Part shown: positions 34,949 to 44,719 of the stretch, piece by piece
Position numbering within the stretch: the first letter of the stretch is position 1
Layout of the letters: every line of letters begins with the position of its first letter
Assembly (NCBI GenBank): GCA_947445035.1
Contig: CANFCK010000014.1
Location: 55,178-119,177, forward strand
Reading direction: 5' to 3'
DNA: 64,000 nucleotides
DNA from: Deltaproteobacteria bacterium
GTDB lineage: Bacteria; Myxococcota_A; UBA796; SXON01
Program-made: the position numbers and the translations under genes
The notes under the pieces: model-generated
What the model was told of the DNA's origin: nothing
Databases searched by the model: none
The model's input: only the letters and a program-made list of their open reading frames with translations

Positions 34949-36289
34949 CTAGATCAACTGCATGAGGGTCTGAAGGGTGTCGTTCGCGGTGCTGATCACC
35001 TTGCTCGACGCCTGGTAGGAGCGCTGGGCGGTGATCATCGAGACGAACTGACTTTCGAGGTCGACGTTGGACTTCTCCAACGAGTTGCCGGCGATCGACC
35101 CGCGGCCGCCGGTCCCTGCCGTGCCCACCGCCGCCTGGCCAGCGTCGGGAGTGGCGCGGAAAAGGGCGCCGCCGATGCGCTCGAGGCCCTGCGGGGCCTG
35201 AAAGCTGGCCACGCCCACCCGGCCGATGTCCACGGACTCGCCGTTGGAGTAGGCGCCGGTCAGGGTCCCATCGGTGCCGACGGCGATGCCGGTGAGCTGC
35301 CCAGACATGGTTCCGTCCTGGGCGATCGCGGTCAGCGCCGACTCTTCGCCAGACATCGAGACGACGCCGTCGGTTGCGACACCGGTGCTGTCGAGGCCGA
35401 AGTCGAAGAACACGCTCGGCGTCTCGGTGCCGCCGAAGTCCCACGTGGTGGTGGTGGAGGTGTCGGCCTGGGTGCTGCCGGTAAGCGTGCCTTCGGTGTC
35501 GAACGTCAGGGTGCCAGAGGCGACCTCGAAGGCGTAGCCGGTGTCGGCCGAGAACTGGGTGCCGGTGGAGTCGTAGGCCTCGCTGGCGTCGACGACCGCG
35601 CGCCAGCTCCAGTCGTTGGCGCCGCTGCGTTCGTACAGCACGGTCACGTCGTGACCGACCCCGCGGCTGTCGTAGATGGTGGTGGAGGTGGTGAACTGCG
35701 CGGCGGTTCCGGCATCGACCAGGGTGCTGGTGCCGGCCCCCGTGCCGAACAGGTCCAGCCCCGCAACGTCGGTGGCCACGTCCTCTTCGGCCGACAGCGT
35801 CGTCTCGAGGATCACGTTTGACGTCGGCGTTCCCGGCACGTCGGCCGTCGGCAGCTTCAGGTCGCCCAGCGCCGCCGAGACGGCCACGCCATCGCCCGAG
35901 TAGCCCTGGACGCGCATGCCGTTGGCGCTGACGACGTAGCCTTCGTCGTCGTAGCCGAACTCGCCAGAGCGGGTGTAGAAGTCCTGGGTGCCGTCGCTGA
36001 CGACGAAGAAGCCGCCGCCTTCGATGGCCATGTCCAGCGCGTTGTCGGTAGTCTCGAAGGAGCCCTGCCCGAGCATCGTCGCGACGCGGCTGGTGGCTGC
36101 GCCGCCGCCGATCTGCCCGCCGCCGTTCACCCCGAACACGTGTTGGGGAAGGAAGTCGACGAACGAGGCACGACCGCCTTTGTAGCCAGTGGTGTTGAGG
36201 TTGGCGATGTTGTCGCCGATGACGTTCATCCAGGTGCTGGTGGTGCCGAGACCGGCTGCGCCGACATTGAGAGCTGAGAAAAGAGACAT
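34949..36289 (-). CDS. flgE: Flagellar hook protein FlgE
   Basis: MSLFSALNVGAAGLGTTSTWMNVIGDNIANLNTTGYKGGRASFVD... The C-terminus is ...SYQASSKVISTANDTLQTLMQLI. Confidence 0.9.
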   Translation of the reverse strand: MSLFSALNVGAAGLGTTSTWMNVIGDNIANLNTTGYKGGRASFVDFLPQHVFGVNGGGQIGGGAATSRVATMLGQGSFETTDNALDMAIEGGGFFVVSDGTQDFYTRSGEFGYDDEGYVVSANGMRVQGYSGDGVAVSAALGDLKLPTADVPGTPTSNVILETTLSAEEDVATDVAGLDLFGTGAGTSTLVDAGTAAQFTTSTTIYDSRGVGHDVTVLYERSGANDWSWRAVVDASEAYDSTGTQFSADTGYAFEVASGTLTFDTEGTLTGSTQADTSTTTTWDFGGTETPSVFFDFGLDSTGVATDGVVSMSGEESALTAIAQDGTMSGQLTGIAVGTDGTLTGAYSNGESVDIGRVGVASFQAPQGLERIGGALFRATPDAGQAAVGTAGTGGRGSIAGNSLEKSNVDLESQFVSMITAQRSYQASSKVISTANDTLQTLMQLI

Positions 36290-36389
36290 GATGACGTTCC
36301 TTGTGGGTGAGTGCCCCGACCAAACAGATCGTTGCGTTTTCGGGCCCCCTTGGAATATCCTTGGTCCAGCCCTGGTTTCTGAAGATCGC

Positions 36390-36794
36390 CTAGCGGGCGA
36401 CCACCGTCGAATCGATATTGGTGAAGATGTTGCCGATCGCCTCCTGGCGGGTGAGCGCGGTGATCACCTTTCGGTCGGAAACGCCGACGATGAAGGCGTT
36501 GTCGCCCAAAAGCACGAGGCTCTCTTTCGCGCCCTTCTGGCGCAGCTTGTCCACGGCGGAGCCGAGATCTTCGAGGTCGGTGTCATCGAGCGTGATGCCG
36601 CGCGAGGTGAGTCGCGCCTGGGCGTGTTTGCTGAAGGTGAGGCCGCCGGATGGGGCCGCCGCTGGCGCCGCCGGCGCCGCTTGCGGACGCAGCAGCGACT
36701 CCAGCGCCTCGCCGAAGCCGGGCAGGGCTTCGAGGCCCCGCGCGGGTCCAGTGCTCGGGCCTACCGAGCCGACGCGTCCGAAGGGGCCGATCAT
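36390..36794 (-). CDS. Flagellar operon protein (TIGR02530-like), lying between flgD and flgE
   Basis: 'LTFSKHAQARLTSRGITLDDTDLEDLGSAVDKLRQKGAKESLVLLGDNAFIVGVSDRKVITALTRQE' and its position match this conserved small flagellar-operon protein. Confidence 0.55.
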   Translation of the reverse strand: MIGPFGRVGSVGPSTGPARGLEALPGFGEALESLLRPQAAPAAPAAAPSGGLTFSKHAQARLTSRGITLDDTDLEDLGSAVDKLRQKGAKESLVLLGDNAFIVGVSDRKVITALTRQEAIGNIFTNIDSTVVAR

Positions 36795-37468
36795 TCGGAC
36801 GGCTCCCCGAGGCTCTGCACCGAGCCGAGCTCGATCGAGATGCCGTCCATGGTCAGGAGCGGCGAGCCGCTCGAAAGGTCCATGCCGTCGATGCGCCCGC
36901 GCATCTGCTCGGTGACGGCGACTTCGGCGCCCTGGGCATCGGTGGCCGTGATCGCGAAGCTGTAGTCACCCTCGGCGCAGGCTTGACCATTGAGGTCCTT
37001 GCCATCCCAGGTGTAGGAGCCGTCGCCCGCGGACATCGGACCGAGGTCCTTGGTGAAGACCACGTCCCCATCGGCGTTGGTGATGGTGATCGACGAGGTC
37101 GTGGCCGCCGCACTTGCGGCGTACGTGACGGTTTCGTCTCCGGTTCCGGCGTAGTGGAAATCGTTTCCGGTCGCGACTACGTCCTTGCCGATGAGCCCGG
37201 TGAGCGCGGCGTTGTTCATCGACATGTTCACGAGGTACAGCGACTCCATGCCGTCGGAGAGGCCCTGGAGCTGCTCCAGCGAGGAGAACTGGGCCAGCTG
37301 CGCCACGAACTCCGCGTTCTCCATCGGGTTGAGCGGGTCCTGGTGCTGTAGCTGCGTCGTGAGCAACTTCAGAAAGGCGTCCTTGCCCAACTCGTCGGTG
37401 GGGCCGCTGTTCTGGGCGGCCAGGGCGGCTTGCTGGTCAGCGCTGTAGACTCCGGCGACGGCGTTCAT
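36791..37468 (-). CDS. flgD: Flagellar hook capping/scaffold protein FlgD
   Basis: 'GKDAFLKLLTTQLQHQDPLNPMENAEFVAQLAQFSSLEQLQGL' is the conserved FlgD N-terminus. A beta-rich C-terminus is also present. Confidence 0.85.
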   Translation of the reverse strand: MNAVAGVYSADQQAALAAQNSGPTDELGKDAFLKLLTTQLQHQDPLNPMENAEFVAQLAQFSSLEQLQGLSDGMESLYLVNMSMNNAALTGLIGKDVVATGNDFHYAGTGDETVTYAASAAATTSSITITNADGDVVFTKDLGPMSAGDGSYTWDGKDLNGQACAEGDYSFAITATDAQGAEVAVTEQMRGRIDGMDLSSGSPLLTMDGISIELGSVQSLGEPSE

Positions 37469-37514
37469 GTTCTACTCTTCGGTCGGGGCTGGGGGTTCTT
37501 GAGGTCCGAAACGT

Positions 37515-38912
37515 TTAGACCGCGCGATTGAGCAGCCCGTCGCGGATCCGGCCCGCGATGGCGGCGCGGCGCACCTTTGCGGGCCACGGCGGGGCCTCTT
37601 CGCGACGTCCATCGCCACCAGGGTTGTGGTGGTGCCGGTTTTCGCCGAAGTTCGCGCCCTCGCCCTCGTGGACGGCTTCCACGGCGCGGGTGGTCTCGCC
37701 GCGGGCCGACGTCGCTGGCGCGAACTCGATCCGCTGGAGAGTCAGTCCTTCGGCGGCGAGCCGATCCACGAGCTCGGGGGTGGCCTCGGCCACCATGCGA
37801 TGCAGCTCGGCGTCCCCACGGAGCACCAGGTTTAGGAGCTCGTCGTGCCGAACCATGTCCACTTCCCAGTGGCCGAGCGCGTCGTCGAGGCGGAGCGTCA
37901 GGCGGTCCCCCACCGTGGCTCCGGCGTCCTGAACTTCGCCGAGGGCCTCGATCTTACCGGCGACCCCGGCGAGCTTTTCGAGCGGAAGTTCGCTGGTGGA
38001 GACGGGCAGCGCACCGCTCATCGCGAAGTCGAAGTGATCAGGGGGGAAGGCGGCGACGGCGCCGGCTCCCGCGTCGCCGTCGGACGATTCCGCGCCGGCG
38101 TCGGCGCCGTTCCCCTCGGTGGCCGTCTCGTCGAAGTCACCGTTGGCCGCAGCCACACGTTGCAGTTCGAAGCTGGTGTTCGCGGACTCGGGGGCGGACG
38201 ACTCCTTGGAGAGGCCGGCATTGCCGAGGGCCGGTCGGGCGGCTGCGGTGCGGACCGGCTGCGCCGGGAGGGCTGCCGTCGTGAGTGGGCTGCCGTAGGC
38301 CGCGATGGCCTTGGGGGCCAGGGCCGGCGCCTCGCTCGGGAGGAACATCGGGAACTCGAAGATCAGGCCCGGGTCGCGGATGGGGTCCGCCGGCACCGGC
38401 GAAGGGATCACGATGGCTGCTGTCCCGATCGGGGGCGGATTCCGCGGTAGCGTGAGACGCGTCTGCGACATCGTCGCCATCGGCATCGCGGGGGCATGGT
38501 CCACCTCGATCGAGGTGCCCAGGAGCATGAGGTTGGTCCGCAGGTCGTCGGTGGGCGCGGCCCGGTCGAGCACCATCTCCAAGCTCGCGGACAGCGCGAA
38601 GGGCTGGCGCGAGAGTGGCGGCAACATCGGCATGAGGATCGGGAAGGGGATGAGCGCGGCGAGGTCCGCCTCGGCCAGGTCCTCGAACTCGACCTCAGCG
38701 GCGTCGATTTCGGGAAAGCCGAAGCCCTCGCCCAGCGCGCGCATCCCGGTCTCGAGCAAGAGCGGCAGCGGCGCGAGACGCGGCGGCGGTTCGGTGACCG
38801 CGCCGAGGACCACTGCGAAGCTGGTCGGCGGGGTCGCGACCCCGTATCCGCTCGGTCCGACCGTGGTCGGGAGCGCCGGGAGCGTGATGGTACCGGGCAG
38901 GGTGAGATTCAC
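37515..38912 (-). CDS. fliK: Flagellar hook-length control protein FliK
   Basis: A Pro/Ala-rich N-terminal region is followed by a C-terminal FliK domain (LRLDDALGHWEVDMVRHDELLNLVLRGDAELHRMVAEATPELVDRLAAEGLTLQRIEF). Confidence 0.7.
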   Translation of the reverse strand: MNLTLPGTITLPALPTTVGPSGYGVATPPTSFAVVLGAVTEPPPRLAPLPLLLETGMRALGEGFGFPEIDAAEVEFEDLAEADLAALIPFPILMPMLPPLSRQPFALSASLEMVLDRAAPTDDLRTNLMLLGTSIEVDHAPAMPMATMSQTRLTLPRNPPPIGTAAIVIPSPVPADPIRDPGLIFEFPMFLPSEAPALAPKAIAAYGSPLTTAALPAQPVRTAAARPALGNAGLSKESSAPESANTSFELQRVAAANGDFDETATEGNGADAGAESSDGDAGAGAVAAFPPDHFDFAMSGALPVSTSELPLEKLAGVAGKIEALGEVQDAGATVGDRLTLRLDDALGHWEVDMVRHDELLNLVLRGDAELHRMVAEATPELVDRLAAEGLTLQRIEFAPATSARGETTRAVEAVHEGEGANFGENRHHHNPGGDGRREEAPPWPAKVRRAAIAGRIRDGLLNRAV

Positions 38913-39451
38913 GGCAACTCCACGGCGATGGGCTCGGCCATCCGTTGGGCGAGCGCGGCTGCTTTCGCGGGGGGCAGCACGGCCAGGAGCTGGCCTGCTT
39001 TCTTGCGCTTCATCTTGTCGAGGACGGTCACGGCGAGCGGATCGTCCAGCTGGGCGAACATCGGGGCGATGGTCCCGGCGCGGTTGGCTTCGACCATCTT
39101 GACGATGCCGTCGATGCGGAGATCGCGGGCGACGTCGGCCACACCGATCAGGGCCTGGAGCTCGGTGCGGGCCCGTTCGAGCCCGGTCAGCCGCTCGATG
39201 AGCCGCGCCTCGGCGGTGGCCATCTCTGCCCGCTGGGCGTCGAGGGCGTGCGCACGTCCGTCGAGCTCGCGCTCGCGATGCAAGAGGTCCTGCGCCAGTT
39301 GGTGGGCGCCTTCTTCTTCCAGGGAGCAGTAGCGCTCGATCTCAGAGGCGGTGGGGTCTCGCCCAGCCCAAGCGGCGGTGCCAGTGCCGAGGCCCAGCAC
39401 CATCCCGCCGAACGCGAGAGCCCAGGCTCGACGGAGCGTGGTGATTGCCAT
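38909..39451 (-). CDS. MgtE_N-domain flagellar protein (MotE/FlbB-like)
   Basis: The N-terminus carries a signal/TM segment. 'IVKMVEANRAGTIAPMFAQLDDPLAVTVLDKMKRKKAGQLLAVLPPAKAAAL' resembles the MgtE N-terminal domain that is common in flagellar operons. Confidence 0.5.
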   Translation of the reverse strand: MAITTLRRAWALAFGGMVLGLGTGTAAWAGRDPTASEIERYCSLEEEGAHQLAQDLLHRERELDGRAHALDAQRAEMATAEARLIERLTGLERARTELQALIGVADVARDLRIDGIVKMVEANRAGTIAPMFAQLDDPLAVTVLDKMKRKKAGQLLAVLPPAKAAALAQRMAEPIAVELP

Positions 39452-39513
39452 GGCCCCGTCTTCGGTCGGGCCGGGGCGAACTTGAGCCGGGCCGGGGCGA
39501 TAGGGTGCCGTTC

Positions 39514-40596
39514 ATGGCCGCTCGTGTCCTTGCCCTCCTCGCCGCCGTCCAGGCCGTCGCCATCGTCGCCCCCCCGCTTTCTTGGCCGCTCTGGATGGTT
39601 CACTTCGTGGCGCTGGAAGCCTGCCTGCTCGGCGCGGTGGTGGCCCTGGTGGCGATCCTCATGACGGACGAGCGCTGGGTGACGGCCACCGCCACGGTCG
39701 CGGGCCTCGTCTGCCTCTTGCCCGCGCTCTACATCATCCCGCCCTACATCCGGGAGGGGCAGTCGTTCTCGGTCTGGAGCTGGGTCACCGGCGGCAGCGT
39801 GCCGATCGTGGAGGTGGAGCGCGACGTGGCCCTGGGCGCCACCGTCACCGCGGATGTGTGGCGCGGGCGTGGCGAGGGCTTACGCCCCGCCGTGGTGGTG
39901 GTGCACGGCGGGAGCTGGCGTTCCGGCGACAAAGGCGAGCTGCCCCACCTCTCCGCCGTGCTGGCCGATGCGGGGTACACGGTGGTCGACGTGCGCTACC
40001 GCCTGGTGGGTGACGCGCCGTTTCCAGCGGCCATCGAAGACGTGCGTTGCGCCTTGGCCACGTTGGCGGCGGAGCCGGCCCGCTTCGGGGTCGATCCGTC
40101 GCGGCTGGCCCTGCTCGGGCGCAGCGCGGGGGGGCAGATCGTGCTCGTCGCGGCCTACGCCGATGCGTCGATTGCCTCCTCCTGTGGGGGCGCCGTGCCG
40201 CCGGTGCGGGCCGTCATCTCGCTCTACGGCGTGACCGACGTCGCGTGGGCGCACGACCACCCCTACACCCCCGATGTGGTCGATGGTGTCGCCGCGACAG
40301 AGGTCTACCTGTCGGGGACGCCGACCGGCGCGGCCGAGCGTTACCGTGCTGCGACGCCCCAGTCATGGGTGCGCGCCGACGTGCCAGAGACCTTGCTGCT
40401 TCACGGCACCGGCGAAGGCTGTGTGCGCCCCGAGAACACGACCTTCCTCAACGACAAGCTGGTCGAGGCCGGCGCCCGGGTCCAAATGGTGCTGGTACCG
40501 TGGGCGGACCACGGCTTCGACGTGCGTAGGGGCGGCTTCGGCGAGCAGTTGTCGCGGGGGGTGATCCTTCGTTTCCTCGAGAGGGTGATGGCGTGA
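39514..40596 (+). CDS. Alpha/beta-hydrolase-fold esterase/lipase with N-terminal TM segments
   Basis: The HGGSW oxyanion motif (AVVVVHGGSWRSGDK) and the GxSxG nucleophile (LLGRSAGGQI) are present. A C-terminal His is in 'WADHGFD'. Confidence 0.8.
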   Translation: MAARVLALLAAVQAVAIVAPPLSWPLWMVHFVALEACLLGAVVALVAILMTDERWVTATATVAGLVCLLPALYIIPPYIREGQSFSVWSWVTGGSVPIVEVERDVALGATVTADVWRGRGEGLRPAVVVVHGGSWRSGDKGELPHLSAVLADAGYTVVDVRYRLVGDAPFPAAIEDVRCALATLAAEPARFGVDPSRLALLGRSAGGQIVLVAAYADASIASSCGGAVPPVRAVISLYGVTDVAWAHDHPYTPDVVDGVAATEVYLSGTPTGAAERYRAATPQSWVRADVPETLLLHGTGEGCVRPENTTFLNDKLVEAGARVQMVLVPWADHGFDVRRGGFGEQLSRGVILRFLERVMA

Positions 40597-40606
40597 CGTT
40601 CGGCGC

Positions 40607-41023
40607 CTACGGGCCGTCGAATTCGCGCCGGGAGGCGATCTCGTCCATCCGCCGGGCATCACGGGTGGCCTGTTCGCGCTCTTCTTCTTTGGCGTGGGCC
40701 TCGATCACGTTCTCGGTGGCGATCTCGTCGCGCACCCGGCCCACGTGGATGCCGCGCTTCTGCTCGACCTCCCGCTCACGTTGCTGCAAACGAGCGCTTT
40801 CGCGGCGTTCGGCGACCTCCTGGCGCATTCGGAAGGCGTGGTAGGTTGCCAGGGCGAACGGGTCGCTGGGGTCGGCCCGCTCTCGCGCCTGGACCACAGC
40901 GTTGCGCACCGCCTCGACTCGCTCAGCCTGGGTGTCGCGTTCGTCCTCGGCCCGCCGCAGCATGCCCTGCGACTCTTCCCGCGCGTGGGCCCGCAGGCGC
41001 AGGAGCGTGTGGAGTGCGGCCAT
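40607..41023 (-). CDS. fliJ: Coiled-coil flagellar export chaperone FliJ-like protein
   Basis: 138 aa, highly charged and helical (…ERVEAVRNAVVQARERADPS…RESARLQQREREVEQKRGIH…). Its size and composition fit FliJ. The gene lies in a flagellar context. Confidence 0.55.
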   Translation of the reverse strand: MAALHTLLRLRAHAREESQGMLRRAEDERDTQAERVEAVRNAVVQARERADPSDPFALATYHAFRMRQEVAERRESARLQQREREVEQKRGIHVGRVRDEIATENVIEAHAKEEEREQATRDARRMDEIASRREFDGP

Positions 41024-41125
41024 GGTGCTTCATCGGTCGGGAGCGGAGCGGCTTCAGTCGGGTTCCGCAAAGGAAGACTCCAACCGCCCTGGACGTCAAC
41101 CACGCGCGGTCGGCACCCCCGCCGC

Positions 41126-42079
41126 CTAGCGCCCCGGCGCCTTCGGCACCTGCAGCGCGACCAGCCGCGCCATGGTGTCCGACATCTTGTCGGGCGAACC
41201 ATCGAGGAAAATAACGTTCCCCTTGCCTTCTTCGGCGAAGTGCTTCAGGGACTCGGTCCACATCGAGAACAGGATGAAGCTGACATCGAGGTTGGCCTTT
41301 TGCATCTCGGCGGCCGCCTCGGTCATGCCGCGGGCGACCTCGTGACGGAACAAGGCGATGCCCTGCCCGCGGAGCTGCGCGGCGACTTTTTCAGCCTCGG
41401 CGGCGATCCGGATCGCGTTGCCCTCGGCCTCGGCCTGTTTGGTGCGGGTGATGAGGAGCGCTTGACCCTCGTTCTCGGCGGCGGCGCGGAGGTTGCTGGA
41501 GGCCACGACCTTGGCCATCGATCGCAAGATCTCTTCGTCAAAGGCGATGTCGTTCATCTGGAGATCGATGAGGTGGTAGCCCCACTCGGAAAGCTGGTGG
41601 TCGAGCTGTTCTTTGACCGAGTCGATGATCTCACGACGCAGGCCGAGGATCTCCGACTGCTTCTTGGTCGCGACAAAGGACCGGACGGAGCCTTCGATCG
41701 AACGAACCAGCGCGGTCATGAACGCCCGTTCGTCCACGAACTTGAACGCCACGTTCATGATGGTGTCTTCGTCGTGGTTGAGCACCGAGAAAAGCAGCAT
41801 CTGCTTGAAGTGCACGTTGGCCTGGTCGATGGTGATCGCCTGGAACGACATCTCGACGGCGCGGTTCTGTAACGACAGCCGCTGCGACACCACCTCGATG
41901 ATCGGAATCTTCAGGTTGAGGCCTGGCCGCAGCACTCGCCCAAACTTGCCGAAGCGGGTCACGATGCCGACGCAGCCTTGCTGGATGGTGGTGAAGCTGC
42001 CGGCCGCGATGACGAGCCCGACGATTGCGATGCACGGGATCCCCGTGAGGGTCAAAAGTCCGAGTAGCTCTTCCATCAT
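41126..42079 (-). CDS. SPFH/band-7 (stomatin/prohibitin-like) membrane protein immediately upstream of fliJ
   Basis: The start at 42079 gives MMEELLGLLTLTGIPCIAIVGLVIAAGSFTTIQQGCVGIVTRFGKFGRVLRPGLNLKIPIIEVV..., the canonical SPFH start. A coiled-coil C-terminus is present (AAENEGQALLITRTKQAEAEGNAIRIAAEAEKVAAQLRG). Confidence 0.8.
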   Translation of the reverse strand: MMEELLGLLTLTGIPCIAIVGLVIAAGSFTTIQQGCVGIVTRFGKFGRVLRPGLNLKIPIIEVVSQRLSLQNRAVEMSFQAITIDQANVHFKQMLLFSVLNHDEDTIMNVAFKFVDERAFMTALVRSIEGSVRSFVATKKQSEILGLRREIIDSVKEQLDHQLSEWGYHLIDLQMNDIAFDEEILRSMAKVVASSNLRAAAENEGQALLITRTKQAEAEGNAIRIAAEAEKVAAQLRGQGIALFRHEVARGMTEAAAEMQKANLDVSFILFSMWTESLKHFAEEGKGNVIFLDGSPDKMSDTMARLVALQVPKAPGR

Positions 42080-42455
42080 GCACCAGGGTGGGGAACACGG
42101 ATGTAACGCGGTTGGCGTGGCCGCTCGGGCCGAAACGCGGAGCGCGGCGGGTGGGGTGAGGCCGCGCGCGGGTGTGCCCGACGCATCGCCGAATCGTGCA
42201 TCACCCAGCGAGAGTGAGCTGCCCCTGCGGACCCGCCAGCAGCGCAGTTCCAAGCGGGAGATCGTCGGGGAGAGAGGTGGTGCATGCGCGTCGGGGCCTG
42301 CCCGCGCACGGTTTCCGGGGCGTGCCGTGGTCAGCGCTCCGGTTTGCCTCACGCCGATGGCGCCGACCGGGGGTGGCCAGGGGCCCGGGGAGCGACCGCG
42401 AGGGCGGGCTCGGACAAATCGTGACATGTTAATTTATGGGCCGCAGACGGGACAA

Positions 42456-42488
<33 letters not shown>

Positions 42489-42567
42489 CGGCGTCGTAGC
42501 GTGCACACTGTCGATGTGCAACGCTGCCTCCGCGCGCCCGACTTTCCACCTCTTACCTGGCGCGCGG

Positions 42568-42972
42568 GAGTATTCAATGTGCCAGACCCGGACCATCAAC
42601 CTGCCCTGGACCACGCGCTACTCGGATGTGACCGCCAACGACGGTGTCTTTTTGCCGGTGTCTGGTTGGATGGACGCATCGACGGTACGTCGGCTGCGAG
42701 TGGCCTTCGAGGTCGCGGCGACGACCGACGCCAGTGGGATCATCAAGCCGGGCATCGAGTACGCCAATGTGGAGAACACCCCCTTTGGCGGACTGACGTT
42801 GACCGGCGCCGCTGCGCAGACGGGGAACGGCGTGAATTACCCGACGCAACTGTCAGACGTCGGCGCGTCGTCAGACGGCAAGCAACTCGCGCGCCTCGGC
42901 TTCTGGTTCAAGGCCTCGTCGGCGGGGCTGAAAGCGGCGCGCGTGGCGGGCAAGGCGGACGTCGAGTCGTGA
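42568..42972 (+). CDS. Hypothetical protein (134 aa) with no recognisable family
   Basis: MCQTRTINLPWTTRYSDVTANDGVFLPVSGWMDASTVRRLRVAFEVAATTDASGIIKPGIEYANVENTPFGGLTLTGAAAQ... The sequence is protein-like and beta-rich. The stop overlaps the next gene's GTG (GTGA). Confidence 0.4.
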   Translation, partial: EYSMCQTRTINLPWTTRYSDVTANDGVFLPVSGWMDASTVRRLRVAFEVAATTDASGIIKPGIEYANVENTPFGGLTLTGAAAQTGNGVNYPTQLSDVGASSDGKQLARLGFWFKASSAGLKAARVAGKADVES

Positions 42973-44348
42973 TCCGGGAGTCGCTGCTTCCGGAAGGCGC
43001 CGGCTCGACGATGTCGGTGCCGCGCTGCTTTCCGGAGACCGACGGGAGCTCGGTGCCGGCGCCGTTCGCTTCGGCGGGGGGGGCGGGGCGGTTCGCCGCA
43101 CGCGCCAAGAACGTCGACGACGCAGACTTGATGCCGCCGTTTCAGACGCAGAACGACGGCATGACCGTTGATGCGTACGGGCATGGTGGGTTCTTCACCC
43201 CGGCATCCATCGGTCCTTGGGTGGACATCTACCTGTCCGCCGGCGTCGAGGACGGCGGCGCGTCGTGTCATCATGACAACCAGGCCACTTGTGGGCTGTA
43301 CCGCGTACGATGGGACCTTGGGCTGGAACGCGCGGTGGAGGTGGAACTGATTCGTCGCTCGTGGCGAGGCCCCGATGGGACCCAGTACGGAAACGTGGAG
43401 GCCGCGGTTTCGGAGGCGGGCGACCTCGCCTGGCTGCTGCGCGGATACGACCCGTCAGGCGGCGACGAGAAGCAGACCTACCTGCTGCATAGGCGCAGCG
43501 GCAGTTCGTTTGCCGATGTGCTCGATTCCGGCACGGCGAAGGCGGATCGCCCCCATTTTCCCTGGTTCAACACGGCGGATACCGTCATCTATGCCAAACA
43601 CGACGGGGGACCCTCTCCGGCCGGTCCGGACTGGCAGTCGCTGTGGTGGGTACCGGTCGGTGGCGCGCCGCACGCGCTGGTGGGCAGGGGTCCAGAGACC
43701 GAGCTGAACAGCGGCGCAAGCGACGACCTGAGCTATGGCAACCCGCAGGCCTTTGGCTACGACGGCCGGCGGGTGGTCACCTTCGGCGTGGAGGTGGGCG
43801 CCGACGGCACGGTGAGCGAGCACACAGTTCCGCACGTCACTTCGTTCTTTGGCACGGGGCGGGAGGACTTTTCACTGGGCGGGGGCGGTTTCCTTTCGTG
43901 CCAACATCCGGCGTGGAGCCTGGATGGGACTCGGATTGCGTGCACGCGGCACGCGAAGATGGAGGAGCCTGCCATCGACAGGAAACTGCGCCAGCTGTAC
44001 CGATTCGCGAAGGTCGGCACCATCTGGGTGTCGGAGGGGCCGCTGTTCAAAGCAGCGGACCCCAGCCTGCTGCCGGGGCCCTTCCCCGGGGTCTCCTGTA
44101 AACTCCTCACGTACAAACAGGCCCATTGGTGCGGCGACGCCACGCACGTGGTGGCTACCGTCTTCTGTACGGACTCCAATTTCCCCGACCTGCCGCCATC
44201 GATGTCGCGGGTGCTGCTGATCAACTTCAAGGATCAGGCGAACCCGGTCCACTATGATGTCACCGCGGCGGTGGTGGCGGCGTTTCGCGAGATGGGGGGA
44301 AACCGGCGTTGGCGAGCTATCTTCAGCGTCTGTCGGACCGTAGGGTGA
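42969..44348 (+). CDS. Hypothetical protein (459 aa), possibly a beta-propeller-like fold
   Basis: The GTG at 42969 is coupled to the upstream ORF. The composition is protein-like (…YLLHRRSGSSFADVLDSGTAKADRPHFPWFNTADTVIYAKHDGG…SLDGTRIACTRHAKMEEP…). The upstream 450 aa of the ORF-track call (41613-) is antisense of the SPFH gene and is rejected. Confidence 0.45.
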   Translation: MIRESLLPEGAGSTMSVPRCFPETDGSSVPAPFASAGGAGRFAARAKNVDDADLMPPFQTQNDGMTVDAYGHGGFFTPASIGPWVDIYLSAGVEDGGASCHHDNQATCGLYRVRWDLGLERAVEVELIRRSWRGPDGTQYGNVEAAVSEAGDLAWLLRGYDPSGGDEKQTYLLHRRSGSSFADVLDSGTAKADRPHFPWFNTADTVIYAKHDGGPSPAGPDWQSLWWVPVGGAPHALVGRGPETELNSGASDDLSYGNPQAFGYDGRRVVTFGVEVGADGTVSEHTVPHVTSFFGTGREDFSLGGGGFLSCQHPAWSLDGTRIACTRHAKMEEPAIDRKLRQLYRFAKVGTIWVSEGPLFKAADPSLLPGPFPGVSCKLLTYKQAHWCGDATHVVATVFCTDSNFPDLPPSMSRVLLINFKDQANPVHYDVTAAVVAAFREMGGNRRWRAIFSVCRTVG

Positions 44349-44719
44349 CGCGCGGTACTTGGCGCGCCGCCGTGCTGTGCACGGCCACGGCCTGTGCCCG
44401 GTCGTGCGAACCGGCGTCCACCGCTGAGCCGGCGCCCGCCGATGAGCCGAAGCTCATCCGCTGGACGGACGTGACGCTGGGCTTCTTCCACGGGTGCGGA
44501 ATTCGCCCGAACGGCGACATCCAGTGCTGGTCCGGGGCGCCGATTCCCGTTCACGACACCGGCGGGGACACGGTCATGGACGGCTCGCTGGTGGGGACCT
44601 TTCCGGGGCCGTTCACCTCCGTGGCGTTGAATCACCCCTACCCACACCCCGGGTACGCCGAGACGGTGTGCGGCGTCCGTGCGGCTGGCGATGTGCTCTG
44701 CGTGGGGGGGATGCGATGA
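44345..44719 (+). CDS. RCC1-like-repeat lipoprotein (N-terminal module)
   Basis: The GTG at 44345 (GTGA overlap with the upstream stop) gives MTRGTWRAAVLCTATAC, a lipobox. RCC1-like units are present: 'HGCGIRPNGDIQCWSG' and 'VCGVRAAGDVLCVGG'. Confidence 0.5.
   Translation: MTRGTWRAAVLCTATACARSCEPASTAEPAPADEPKLIRWTDVTLGFFHGCGIRPNGDIQCWSGAPIPVHDTGGDTVMDGSLVGTFPGPFTSVALNHPYPHPGYAETVCGVRAAGDVLCVGGMR

Noticed and set aside
34632-36323. A 563-aa minus-strand ORF (R/H/G-rich) overlapping flgE and fliL
   Set aside because: It is on the same strand as flgE and fliL but in an alternative frame. The FlgE and FliL frames have clear family signatures.
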